From: Octopus sinensis
Taxonomy: Eukaryota
Reading direction: 5' to 3'
Assembly (NCBI RefSeq): GCF_006345805.1
Contig: NW_021829832.1
Span: 744,001 to 808,000, forward strand
DNA: 64,000 bases
Shown here: piece after piece, positions 24,080 through 35,612 of the stretch
How the letters are laid out: the number at the start of each line of letters is the position of its first letter
Numbering within the stretch: position 1 is the first letter of the stretch
Made by a program: the position numbers and the translations under genes
Notes under the pieces: model-generated
What the model was told of the DNA's origin: nothing
Seen by the model: only the letters and a program-made list of their open reading frames with translations
The model's database searches: none

Positions 24080-25309
24080 ATTAGTTTATATTTACGCTAA
24101 AGAAATACCACTTTCTAATTTATTGTCTTTTAATTTACTTAGAAACGTCTTTGGTAGTGGGTTTTATACTTTATTGTGTTGTGTTTATTGCAGTTTTACA
24201 GAAATAATATTCGTAACATTAATATGAATAGTTTTAATGATAGCTTAAGGCGTGAACACATTTATATAAGGGACAATTAGGTTTGTTGAAAATTGTAAGA
24301 GTTAAAAGGAAACATGGAGTCGTCATAAACAAGATGTGGCTGATTAGTCCAACTTTAAGTACGACAAAAAGTATTTGAAGAAACTCGGTTCAGACATTTA
24401 ATTATTTAAAACAATAACAAACATACATAACAAAGAGAGCCACGGCACCACCTCAAACACAATCAGAAGACAAGCAAAGTAGCGAAACGGGTGGAAAAAA
24501 TTAACGACGAAAATAGTTAAAAACATGGCACAAGCAAATCCATAAACACTGTTTATTGGTCCTCCCAAATAAATAAATTGGTGACGCGGACAAAAACTAA
24601 CAAAAACAGCAAACTCTCAATTCTAAAAATGTGACGATTATTAGTTAGTTATGTTACCCCGGCTTCACTAACACGTAGGAGCCGGCTGCAATTAGGTAAC
24701 GAGACGCGAAGATCGGGCGCTCCCGAGATCCCGGATCCAATAGGCAGAGACAAGTGAGGCGGTCCAGGACAGGGGAGAGGTCTTCAGGCGATTATTAGAA
24801 AATGGAAATAACTGAATTTATATAAAAAAACAAATTTCAAAGCAAGATTATTTTTTAATCTCAAAAATATCTAAATTATGTAGTTTTTCGTCTATCTTGA
24901 GAGCCTACTTTATTTTATTTAAGCCAATAGCCACATTCCGTCAAAATTATCGCATTGATTAAATAAATCTTTGATTGTTTGTCAATTTTTTAATAACAAT
25001 TTTTAGCTTATCAACAGGTTCATTTTCTGTTCCATCCTCAACTTTGTTTTTTATATTATTATTTTTATTAAAATTATTATTTTCATTAAATTCTCTTTGA
25101 AGAAACCCATTTTCATTCATAGAATCGAGTACTTTGGCTACAGAAATAAACACATCATAAATTTCAATTTAACAAATCTCAGCCAACGTTGAAGTTTCGC
25201 TTGTTTTTAACATTCAGCAGTTTTCATTTTAGCTTTTTAGACAAAAACAGTCTTTGAAAGATTTTATAACTCCTTAGTCCAATGGTAAATTGCGGCTGTC
25301 GCATTAGCA

Positions 25310-25900
25310 CAGTAGTTCTCAACCTTTTTTGGTCTCAGACCCCCACCATATTTTTACAAGTTTTTTGTCAAAAAAATTATTACTTTTCTAAAAACATATT
25401 TTATTATTAAAAAGGAAATAAAATTAGTGAGAAGGTTGATGTTGTTTTTTTGATACATTTTTTTTCAATTTGAGTCGCAGTTATCACAAACATACTCTCA
25501 TGCACAAAAGATTCAAGCATAGTAAAATTATTTAGCTAAAATTTTTTTTAACAGTTGTAACTTCATAACAAATTCACTTAGTTAATATTAATCAGTTCAA
25601 AAACTTAATTTTATCCATAAAATCAAATATAGTTTCACGCCTTTCCTAAATAGATTTGGTGACTGAATTTATAAGAGAAACAAAATCTATCAAGCAGGCA
25701 AGCTTGGATAGCCATGAACTGTCCACCAATTTCGAAATGTAATTTCAGATGATTTGGAATTGTTTTAGAGATTAAAACATTCAAATAATTCATTCCTCAA
25801 AAAACTCTGACAAGAATTTTTTTCGAAATGGCCTTCTGATTTTAGTGTGGAATAGCAAAGTCTTTCCGTCTTTTCAAATTCTTCGCAAATTAGGCTGCAG
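25310..25900 (-). mobile_element. Degenerate hAT (Charlie/Buster-like) transposon end
   Basis: Terminus CAGTAGTTCTCAACCTTTTT at 25310; minus-strand remnant ending QHQPSH*, typical of the Buster C-terminus. Confidence 0.55.
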
Positions 25901-26134
25901 AAAATGTTCCATCGTTGTACATTAGGACGGGTTTCACGGAGGAATGATTATTAATTTATCCCACCAAATTTAGCTACACTATTTAATAATGGTTTTCACT
26001 CCTTATTGTTACAAGTCATTCTCCTCTTTGTAGGGGGAGAATAATACCTAACTCCTTATGGACTTGAGTCAATTCACTGCTCATTGTGAAAATGAGATAA
26101 TGGATAGTCACTGGTGATTTATTACAATTTGCAG

Positions 26135-26690
26135 ACCTCACCCCTTCGTTGTGGGAATAAAGTTGACGCCTTTGGGCTACATCCTCTGTCTTATCGAATT
26201 AGTGCCTGCCGATTTCCTCGGCACACTGAAATTAACAATCTAATTCACAAAGCTCTGGAAAGAGCTGGTTTCCCTTCAGTTGTGGAACCGACGGGCATTG
26301 TCCTTGAAGATGCAATTTGAATCCGGGAAGCAGCTCGTTTGGGACGTCACCTGTGCCGACTCTTTCGCCAAAGGAGCCTTGAATTCCACTGCTTGTCGAC
26401 CCGGTTCGTCGGCCGAGAAGGCCGAATTCGCGAAATTAACGAAATACGAGGATTTACGGGATCGGTTTTGCTTTTGGGAAATTGCCGTCGAGACTTCCTG
26501 TGCTTTCGGGGCCAAGACGCTTACTCATCTCAAGAAACTTGGCCGTCTGTGCTCCTATCGTTCCAGAGATCCGAAGGAATTTATATTCTTTATTGAGAGG
26601 ATCTCGCTGGCTGTTTTACGCAAGAATTGTCTTTCAATCCTGCGAACCAGTACTTAATAGCTAGATTTTTTTTTCTAACAATTTCCAACT
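26135..26690 (+). mobile_element. CRE 5'-truncated copy (same subfamily as 48490-49690)
   Basis: RFPRHTEINNLIHKALERAGFPS..GKQLVWDVTCADSF..ERISLAVLRKN; high DNA similarity to 49120-49690. Confidence 0.9.
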
Positions 26691-26949
26691 AAAATTATAA
26701 AATTTATTTTATTAATAAAAGGACTAGAGAAAAATGGTCATCGGCAGATAGCCAGAGTATTGCCTCTGACTGAATTATAAAATAAAAATTTATTTTAAAA
26801 ATATAGATTTAAAATAAAATAATTTATATTAAATATTGTTTAATCTTAATCAAAATTTTATCTAGAATTTTACCTTTAAAAAATTAGTTTTTATTTGTAT
26901 TAAATTATAAATAAATTTGCTTCCTATTTTATTTCCCTTTTTTTGTAGC

Positions 26950-27810
26950 ATGAAGATTGGAGGCATTTGGTTCCACGATCCACGTTATTTAAAAAACACA
27001 GAAAATGTAACTATCTTAATCTTACTAAATTATAGTCCGAAATTATGAGTGGTATTAGAGAAAATGTCGATTTTAACCAGCTAAAAGGCTATAAATTTCC
27101 CAAAATAAGACATGCTTCGTTTTCTTCTTGTAATCTGGTTAATGAAAAAATAACTTACTTTCCTTTCTGTCCTAAATTAACAGACGTTAGTTTTGCTTAT
27201 ATAATAAATAGTTGTCATTCTGGGAAGTTAACATTACTGACGGATTGGACGTTATTGCTAAAAATTGTCCAGAATTGGCTGATTTAGTATTTAGAAATTG
27301 TCCAATAACACTGGAAGCTCTCTCTAAACTGGTACTAATGTTATAATAACACATGCAGAAAAAGGCTCCAAGTCTTTTAACATTAGAAATAAAAAATACA
27401 CCTATAGTCGAGGAACCTGACTATCGACAAACTATATTTAATTTAATCCCACAGCTCCATGTTGTCAATCACAGGGACAGAGAAGGAATTATCCACCATT
27501 GCTGTTTGCTGTTTTTCTAAGTTATTTATTTAGGCGAATTTAGTCAATTTGGAGGAATTCGTTATTTTGATAAGAGACATAAACCCAAACGGAATAGGAA
27601 ACGTCGCAACATAGGATTTCGATTTCCCAATAATATTTCTGACGAAGAGGATTACCAATTCCGTAATACTTCAGACGAAGCGGATTCAGTAATTCTTGAT
27701 AACTACGAGTATTATAAAAATGCTATGGAGGATTCCAATGATAAAACGATACGACGTCCTTTCGCTATTTATATTTCATTGCCTAATAAGAAAAAGAGAG
27801 TTAGACAGTA
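26950..27810 (+). CDS. Probable LRR-containing protein, multi-exon
   Basis: Cys-containing LRR-like segments (FSSCNLV, CPKLTDVSF, NCPELADLVFRNCPITLEALSKL) separated by micro-introns; model incomplete. Confidence 0.4.
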
Positions 27811-28433
27811 ATTTATAATTGCTTTTTTGGGTCTTTGTTTTTTTTTAGAATTGTGTGTTGTTATATGCTACTAGATTTTATATTTTTGATGGAATCCTAT
27901 GGGTGTTTAGGCGGGCATTATTTCTACTTCCTTTGAGACTTTTATAGATGTATCCCGATTCAACTATAATGTTTGATTATTTAGTCGAAACTCTCTCAAT
28001 ATGTAGTTATTTTCTTCTCAACAACCATTTTTTTTATTTGACCCATTATTCGTCCATATAAGAAGGACGCTATTTTAGCTTCCTTGCCAGGATATTTCTT
28101 TCTATATCCCACAAGCGATGGTGCGTGACGATCCCAAAGTATTTCCTCGGACTTAGAAAAAAACTTTTGGATATAACCCAGTTGCTTTTCCCACTTTTCA
28201 ATTTTTTCTTCCAATGTGTTCTTGTAAAGTTCTGATCACTCATTTTTGGAGCAAAAATGTTACATTTAATTTAATTTTCTACAAAAAAATTAAAAATTTA
28301 TTTTTCTCTAGAATATTTTTCAATGATTAAAAATCATAAATCATTGTCTAACTAACACATATTTTTCTTTGAATGAAAAAAAAAACTAACAACTTGGACG
28401 TCGAAACAAAAATTCCCTGAACTTTAGAAGGTA

Positions 28434-28804
28434 CAGTAAAACCTCTCGAATCCGCCGATTTTGGGACCGACCAAAAAATTTTCTTTTTGAACCGTGAAGA
28501 AAAAATCCTGGAAATTTGAGGTGCAGAAACGAATGGGTTGTCAGAAATATAACGTAGTATAGAAATTTTTTCGTTGATAGAAAGTCTAACACAGCGAGGC
28601 ATCACAAAAATACAATTTAACGTGTAATGAGAATTTTAAAATGTTAATTAATTTAACTTACAATTAGATAAAAAAATTATTTTTTATAATACTTGAGGAG
28701 CGGATTCGAGAAACAAGCGGATTCAAGAATCATTCATAGGAAATTTCAAATTTTTGATTAAAACAAGCGGATTCGAGAAGCAGCGGATTCGAGAGGTTTC
28801 ACTG
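28434..28804 (-). mobile_element. Internally deleted pogo/Tigger element (MITE-like)
   Basis: TIRs CAGTAAAACCTCTCGAATCCGC / GCGGATTCGAGAGGTTTCACTG, TA duplication at 28432-33 and 28805-06; HTH-psq start MPRCVRLSINEKISIL on minus strand; subterminal GCGGATTC(G/A)AGA repeats. Confidence 0.85.
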
Positions 28805-29186
28805 TATTTCATGTCAAATGGGCCAGCTCATGTAAAGCAATATTATTTTATTTATTTTGCAAAACAGAACTAGAATGTTTACCAGAATATTTCACTAGTT
28901 CATTTGAAAGCCAACAAAAATTAAAGGATTTTCGTGTAATTTTAAAAAAGATAAAATATGGTTCTTTTCCTTCCACTAAATGTGATTCCTCTACAAAAGT
29001 AACCACAATTTTCCCACTTTGATGCCAAACCATACAGCCGACTAAATAGAAAGATTTAATAAATTTTTTCTAGTAGACCTGATTAACAAATATGACAAGA
29101 TCTATTGGGATTAATATTAATATTAGTTTAATTATATTAATTAACAAAACAACTAATCAAATATTAGTGCCGACTAACGTTGTCTA

Positions 29187-30651
29187 ATGCTACTAATTGC
29201 AAAATTAACCAATCAAAGTAATCAATTACCCACCAAAACTCAATTTTTAATGACATAGAACTACTTCGAAGAATCTCCTCCACACCAACCAACTTGGTCG
29301 ACTATTATAAAGTACTGGGGCTGACCAAGAATGCGACAAGCAGGGAAATAAAAGAGAAATATTATAAAGTACAAGTAGTGCCGACTATATAGCTCGCCAA
29401 ACTATACCACCCTGACTCAAACAAGGAACCTGGGTCTGCCAACCGATTTAAGGAAATAGCAGAGGCCTATCAAGTACTGGGAGACAACCAAAAGAGGAAA
29501 GAATATGATGGTTCTCCCGATGGCAGTAGTCGGCAGCAGGAACCGTTTCACGGGGGCTTTCAGGGAATGGATCCCTTTGATCTCTTCCGAATGTTTACGG
29601 AGGGGTTCTCTTTTAATAACTCTGATAACTTTGATGGATTTACTTCACAGTTCTCTCAAGAAAAGGTACCCATATTGTGACACCACATGAACAGTTTATA
29701 TATAATTAATTAAATATGTTTTAAAATAATTATGAATATTAATTCGTTTTTTATTAAAAATATATTTAGATAATGATGGAGCTATCCTTTGAAGAAGCCG
29801 CAGTAGGGGTGACCAAAACAATCGAGGCCTCAATTCCAGACATATGTGGACTGTGCAACGGAAGCAGACATTCTGCAGGCTCATTTCCTACCCGCTGTCC
29901 TCAGTGTAAAGGAACTGGATATGTGAGTCTCCCCACTCATTAGTTGCCAGGAGTCCAGCACTAGTGGGGCGTTTTTCGTCCGTTTTACCTGCAGTGCCTG
30001 TGGGGGGACAAAATTCAAGAATACCGGGAAATGTCTGGAATGTTCGGGGAAGGGATTCACATTGCAGAAACAACGTCTCAGGGTCACCGTACCACCGGGT
30101 TTGTATGTTTGGGTGAAGTCAGGGATCTCTGACGGGGAAATAGCCAGGATTCCCACAAAGAGCAATCGAAGTGAAATTTTTGTGTGTTTTAAGGTTGCTG
30201 TGTTTTGTGAGGTTCGGAGGTGATGGAAAGTGATTATTTCGAACGAAGAGACTTTGATGTGATCTCCCCATGTTCGATATCCCTGGCACAGGCTGCCCTG
30301 GGAGGTCAGATGAGTGTCAGGGGGCTCTACCAGACCGAGAATTTGACAGTTTGGATACTTAAACAAACCAGATTCCTGCCGGTTGTTCGTCACACACGAA
30401 GATAAGACTGAGGAATAAGGGTATTCGGTACCCCGACCGATCAACCTTCGGAGATCATATTTTCACAATCAAAGTGAATGCTCCAAAGTATTCCTGTCGG
30501 ACTAACATTGAGAGTTCTTTCGGCCGAACAACGTCGACTGATGCAGGAATATGCCAATCTTGAAAGTCGGGAAGGTTCTATTCACGACAAAAATCAGTCT
30601 AATGACGGAGAGGGCTTCCTCGGCAGGATTAAAAAAGCTATTTTTGGATAA
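29187..30651 (+). CDS. DNAJA3: Mitochondrial DnaJ (Tid1) chaperone
   Basis: [13 protein letters not shown]-domain, G/F region, ELSFEEAA, CxxCxGxG repeats, [11 protein letters not shown]; micro-introns plus one 104-nt intron. Confidence 0.92.
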
Positions 30652-30837
30652 TATTCTTATATAATAACAATCTTTGAACTAGTGCGGATATATGGGTCCC
30701 AATTAGTAGTCAAATGTGAGTACTCTCTATCTCCTTCCCCAATATCCTCACTATAAATTGTAACCTCGCTAGTTATTTATGAACGATTAGAAACAGTAGA
30801 ATGTTAATAGTTCTGAGTAGACTGAATTAGTGAGGCA

Positions 30838-31982
30838 TTAGTTGTCCCTTCTTGGAGGCTGGGGAGGGGGAGGTCGAGGTAGCCGGAAGGCGAGTTTAAC
30901 GGAGTCATAAATAAACCACTGGAGTGCAGTCAATGTGCCAATCATGACAATCCTCGGAACAAGCCCCTTCCACATTCCTACCACAATAACCAACCCATCA
31001 CTCACCACTGAACCCGAGACTCCGACTGACCCTGGAAAGTGTAGCTGTGGGGTCCTGGTTCAGCTTGGAGACAATCACATCGGCAGGATGACTCACAACC
31101 GCACAAAAGACACCAGCTAGTCAAATCAGCACAATAAATAGACCAATATATCCAGCTATGAACGTAACCACCAACTGTTCGCTCTTTGTGCTCTCTGCCC
31201 TGCTCTTAGGCCACACATACAGCCACAGTGCCTCGACAGTCCTCTCAAAACATGCAAATTTCATCATCGTGTAGGGAATCTGTCTACTCCACAAGGGAAT
31301 GATCCCCTTATACAATCTGGACATATAAATAGACCACACAACCCGGAATATCCGTCCGTCTTTACAAACTGCTGGAAAGCCTTGGAGAACGTGGTGGGAT
31401 ACCCCGGTCTGGTCTGCATTCGCACTTTTATTGCCTCGAAAGGACACAGCCCAATATCCGCAAAAAACTCGGCCGAAGCACTCGCAGCCAAGTAAAGGCT
31501 CGTTCTGTAGTTGTACGAGGCTTCCTGGAATAGACAGAGGGAGTGACCTCGCCCAGCAGATTGGAGTAGATTACTTTGAAGACTTCGTAGAATCCGAATT
31601 TGCCCAGACCTTGGACGGAGTACCCCAATAGAGTGGGTGCCCATCCGAGAGAAAGGCCTCGTATTCCCTCTTGGGCCATTGTTATGGAAAAGCCTTTGAA
31701 TATGTTTTGGTATATTTCCGGGGAGACCTGAATTGGTAGGTAAAACTACCTGAATTCGACATTTGACAAGATCCAATGGGACAACAGCAGTGTGTGTTAT
31801 TCCACAGCTCAAAACACCGCCCAGGCCACATAGCATGTAATATTTTGCAGACCCAAATTCACAGCTGGTTTCTAATTTGGTTAGTTTTATCGTCCACCTT
31901 CAATTGGCGATTTGGCATTGACTACAAAGTTGTTTGAGAAGTTAGATTTGAACTGTTCCAGGATATCTCCAAAGGCCTTCAT
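30838..31982 (-). CDS. SLC25A3: Mitochondrial phosphate carrier
   Basis: [79 protein letters not shown]. Confidence 0.95.
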
Positions 31983-32069
31983 TTCTACACCACAAGAGAT
32001 CTAGTCAACGCTACGACTATTTATATAATAATTGTGGTTTAAATAAACTTGGGTTTAAAAATATTCAAA

Positions 32070-32610
32070 ATACCCTCTCAAAATGTAAATTTCATTTGCT
32101 ATGAGGAAACCGATCTTCTCGAAGACTATTCCGAGCACATGAGAGCTTGCACTGAGGATATCCTCAACGTCAGCTTCGATACGCAGTCGTGGAGACAGGC
32201 GACTCCCAATTTCCCTTGGAGGGATAGGCTTGATCACCCCGGCAGACTCATATTTTTCCTCAGTACTCTCGTCCAGAAATCTGTTCTTTCTCAAATAAAT
32301 GAAGAGAGAAATTCATTTGCTGTGGATGATTGCGTCGCCGTATGGAAAAGCTGGCTGAGAAGAGGAAGAGTGAGAAATACGCTGGAATCGGAAATGGGAG
32401 AGTGTTTGTCCCCCTGGCTGTTGAGACGTCAGGAATACAGGGGCCTTCTACTCGTACCCTACTCCAGCGGATTGGCTCACTAATGGAAAGGGTTACCGAC
32501 GACTTGTGTGAGCACCTGTATTTAATCGAAAGAATATTTATAGCCATAGTCAGAGGCAATACTCTGAGTATCTGCCAATGACCATTTTTCTCTAGTCCTT
32601 ATATTAATAA
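32070..32610 (+). mobile_element. CRE relic with large internal deletion
   Basis: RACTEDILNVSFDTQSWRQAT (post-RT region) joined to AEKRKSEKY..FVPLAVETSG..IERIFIAIVRGN; zinc knuckle and RPDG missing. Confidence 0.8.
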
Positions 32611-32774
32611 AACTATTTCCTAAAATACTTTTAAATGCTTTCTGAAAACAACAAACTTTCATTAAAAAAACTAAAAAAATTTTTCATTGTGTTAAAAAAC
32701 CCATCAATTAATCAAAATAAGTTATTTGTCATCCAAATTAGTATTATTAATTAAATTGTTAGTAAGTGAGGATT

Positions 32775-33149
32775 CTAGAAATATTGTCTATTCGGCCATA
32801 ATGAGTTTGGGAGTTGCCGATGATAGTATTTCATCAAGTCGATAATAGCAATAATTTCCCTCAATTGCTTGCGATTTAAATATGAATATTCTCGATTGTA
32901 TCCTCGATTTTGCTTTGCTGTATTTCTAGGAACGACATTGTCAGCTTCGTTTTGATTTTCTGGTCTCGGATTGCAAAAATCGGGATATTTGTCACAATAA
33001 TTTTCCTCAAAATATTCATTTCTAGATTCATATTTAGTCGGCTCGTATATTAAGTCTTTTGGGAGTCCTGCAAAGGCCGACTGTGATGGAGATAAAATAA
33101 ATATTAGCAACAAACACGAAATTTTGAAAATATCAACAAAACTGTGCAT
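32775..33149 (-). CDS. Small secreted protein, unknown family
   Basis: 124-aa single ORF with hydrophobic signal (CLLLIFILSPSQSAFA), one Cys pair and a polar body. Confidence 0.6.
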   Translation of the reverse strand: MHSFVDIFKISCLLLIFILSPSQSAFAGLPKDLIYEPTKYESRNEYFEENYCDKYPDFCNPRPENQNEADNVVPRNTAKQNRGYNREYSYLNRKQLREIIAIIDLMKYYHRQLPNSLWPNRQYF

Positions 33150-34035
33150 AATTTGGTAAGCAATCTACGAAATTTACTTAAATAATTATTTTTGAACGCA
33201 CAGAATTCAATTATTCCATTAGTGTTAATTAAAACTAATTGATTGTCATATATCCAACCCACCGATGAGAAAATTTGCAAATATCATTTCTCTGGTTTTC
33301 TCATCATTTCTATCCTCCCGGATTGACGAGTGACGCCGTCATCACTGCGGAACCGGATGTTTTAATGGGGGAGACAATATGAAACAGAAGAGACACATGA
33401 CTTTGTTTGGATTAGTTAGTTCCTTGGTAACATGTTCTCTTTTTGTCTTGTTCTTTCTCTAAAAAAAGTGTGGTCGTCCTGAGCAAGATGGGCGATATGT
33501 CAACATTTTGTTTACATTCGCGCAAAGGCTGTTTAGGATTTTTTCGGTTTTCTCTCTTGGACTAATCAACCGATAAACCGATAGAAACAAGGGGGTCTTA
33601 AAATATTAAACGGCTTTGAAAGAATTTTAAGGACAAGACTTGATTTGAATCTTCATGTGGCTTTAAGATCAGAACGGCTGTTTTTAGAAGATGGTGATTG
33701 GGGAGAAATGACCGACGTGTTAAAAATATCTGAGAGTGCATTCTGTTCCAAATATTTTATGTAAATGAAATTATGTTGAAATTTACGGGAATGTCTGTTT
33801 TCTTCTCTGTCGGCGATTAGTTTGAAATGAATTTATTTGAATCCAATCAGTGAATATTAAACGTATATTTGTTAATGTTTTTTTATAGAAATGGAGACAC
33901 ATTTATGTGAATTCGAATTATTTGACATAAATTCTAATCCTATGAGATGAATGAAGAGTAATGATGAAAGTATTACTTGGGTAATATTTAATAATTGTAT
34001 TTAAGTTCAATTTAAAATTAATGATGACGTGAGTG

Positions 34036-35247
34036 ATGGAACAAATATCCCGAATAATTAAGACATTTGGTCCAATTAGTATCGCCCGATATATGGAACA
34101 AGTCCTAATCGGAGGAAGCTCTGTAAAAATGAATGAAACACTTTTTAGGGATATTACTGTAAGGGGTCCTCCATCGGAAAGGATTTCATCACAGCCCCGG
34201 AAATGAGTCAAATGTTTGGGGAGGTTTATATTTTAAGTAAAATACAAGATTGTGGGCATTTGGATTGTCAACGAACTAAAGAAATGTCCTCGAGAATTAG
34301 AAAGAATTCAACTCATAGAATTAGGCCCTGGAAAGGGAACACTAATGCAAGACATTCTCAGAGTTGACCACTCAGACACGGAAGTTTAGGTATTGCGGAA
34401 ATTTATATTGCTGTCCGACGTGGACGTCCACTTGGTCGAGGTCAGTCCCCTTCTCCGCCAACAACAGCGGAGGACTCTCTCAGAAGAAAACATAACTTGG
34501 CACAACAATGTCTATTCCATTCCCGATGCATATTCCGTGTTTATTGCCAACGAGTTTTTCGACGTCCTCCCCATTCGTCAGTTCAAAGTAACTTATTTGA
34601 GCCACTCAGTTCTCCTCTGATGAGTGGCGGGAAGTCCTCATTGACTGGAAAGGGGACAAATTGGAATACGTTTTGTCTCCCAAAAAATGAGTCCAGCCTT
34701 CCATCGACTCCACCAGGTTAAGTTTGATGTCACGTTTAGAGACATTCACCCTCCTTTCTCGAGATTTGTCCTCAGGCCTTGACCATCAGTGCAGAGATTT
34801 CGCGGAGGATTCGCAAGTTTGGCGGATTGTGTCTGATTAGCGATTACGGTGAAATTCCCAGTCGAGGTCGGACGTTTAGAGTGAGAGTGGGGTCACTTAT
34901 TCTAGGCATACCGTCGGCACCAACTGACAGATCCCTTGGAGTTTGTGGGGGAGAGTGACCTCACTGCGGATGTCGATTTCCAGGCTTTGCAGAAGGCGTT
35001 TGGTTGTGGAGGTTTGTGGTGATAATTTTTGTGTTTAGTCAATTTCTGCGGGCCACAGCGACAGGGAGAATTTTTGTTACAATTGGGGATTGAGTGTCGC
35101 CTGAAAGTCCTGCTTTCCAAGGCCGAGGACCCACGGAGGCTGAGGGGACAGTACGACATGTTGATATCTCAGGAACAAATGGGGAGACTGTTTCAGTTCG
35201 TGGCGGTCACTGACCTCCTTCATGGCCCTGTCGACGGGTTTATTTAG
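34036..35247 (+). CDS. NDUFAF7: Complex I assembly arginine methyltransferase
   Basis: GPISIARYM, GYY, DFITAPEMSQMFGE, IELGPGKGTLMQDIL, VEVSPLL, IANEFFDVLPIRQF, DLTADVDF, QGEFLLQLGI; start approximate. Confidence 0.9.
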
Positions 35248-35612
35248 GCAGTAATTGACTATGTACTGATTAAAATGCATGTAGGCAGTGTTCTTGGAGG
35301 TGTATGGGGGTTGGTTGACTTAATGTAGAGAGCTATGGCCGTGAAAAATGAGGACTTTTTTGTCATTTAAATACAATATATAATGGTTATTGATTCTTTG
35401 ATATTCTCATGGGAAACAGCATTCTATTTAGCAAACATAAATAAACTTGTTATATTTTAGTGCGTTATTTTTATAAAGATTAATTAGTAATAATAATAAA
35501 CAATTTATACCATAAACCTATTAATCCAATTCAGATTTCAGTTTAGTGTTGTGCAATTAAGATTATAACCACGAAATTCTCATTAGGACTGTGCTAATTT
35601 AATTAGGCCTAA

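Noticed and set aside
27996-28214. 72-aa minus-strand ORF
   Set aside because: No ATG in frame and no recognisable motif; left unannotated
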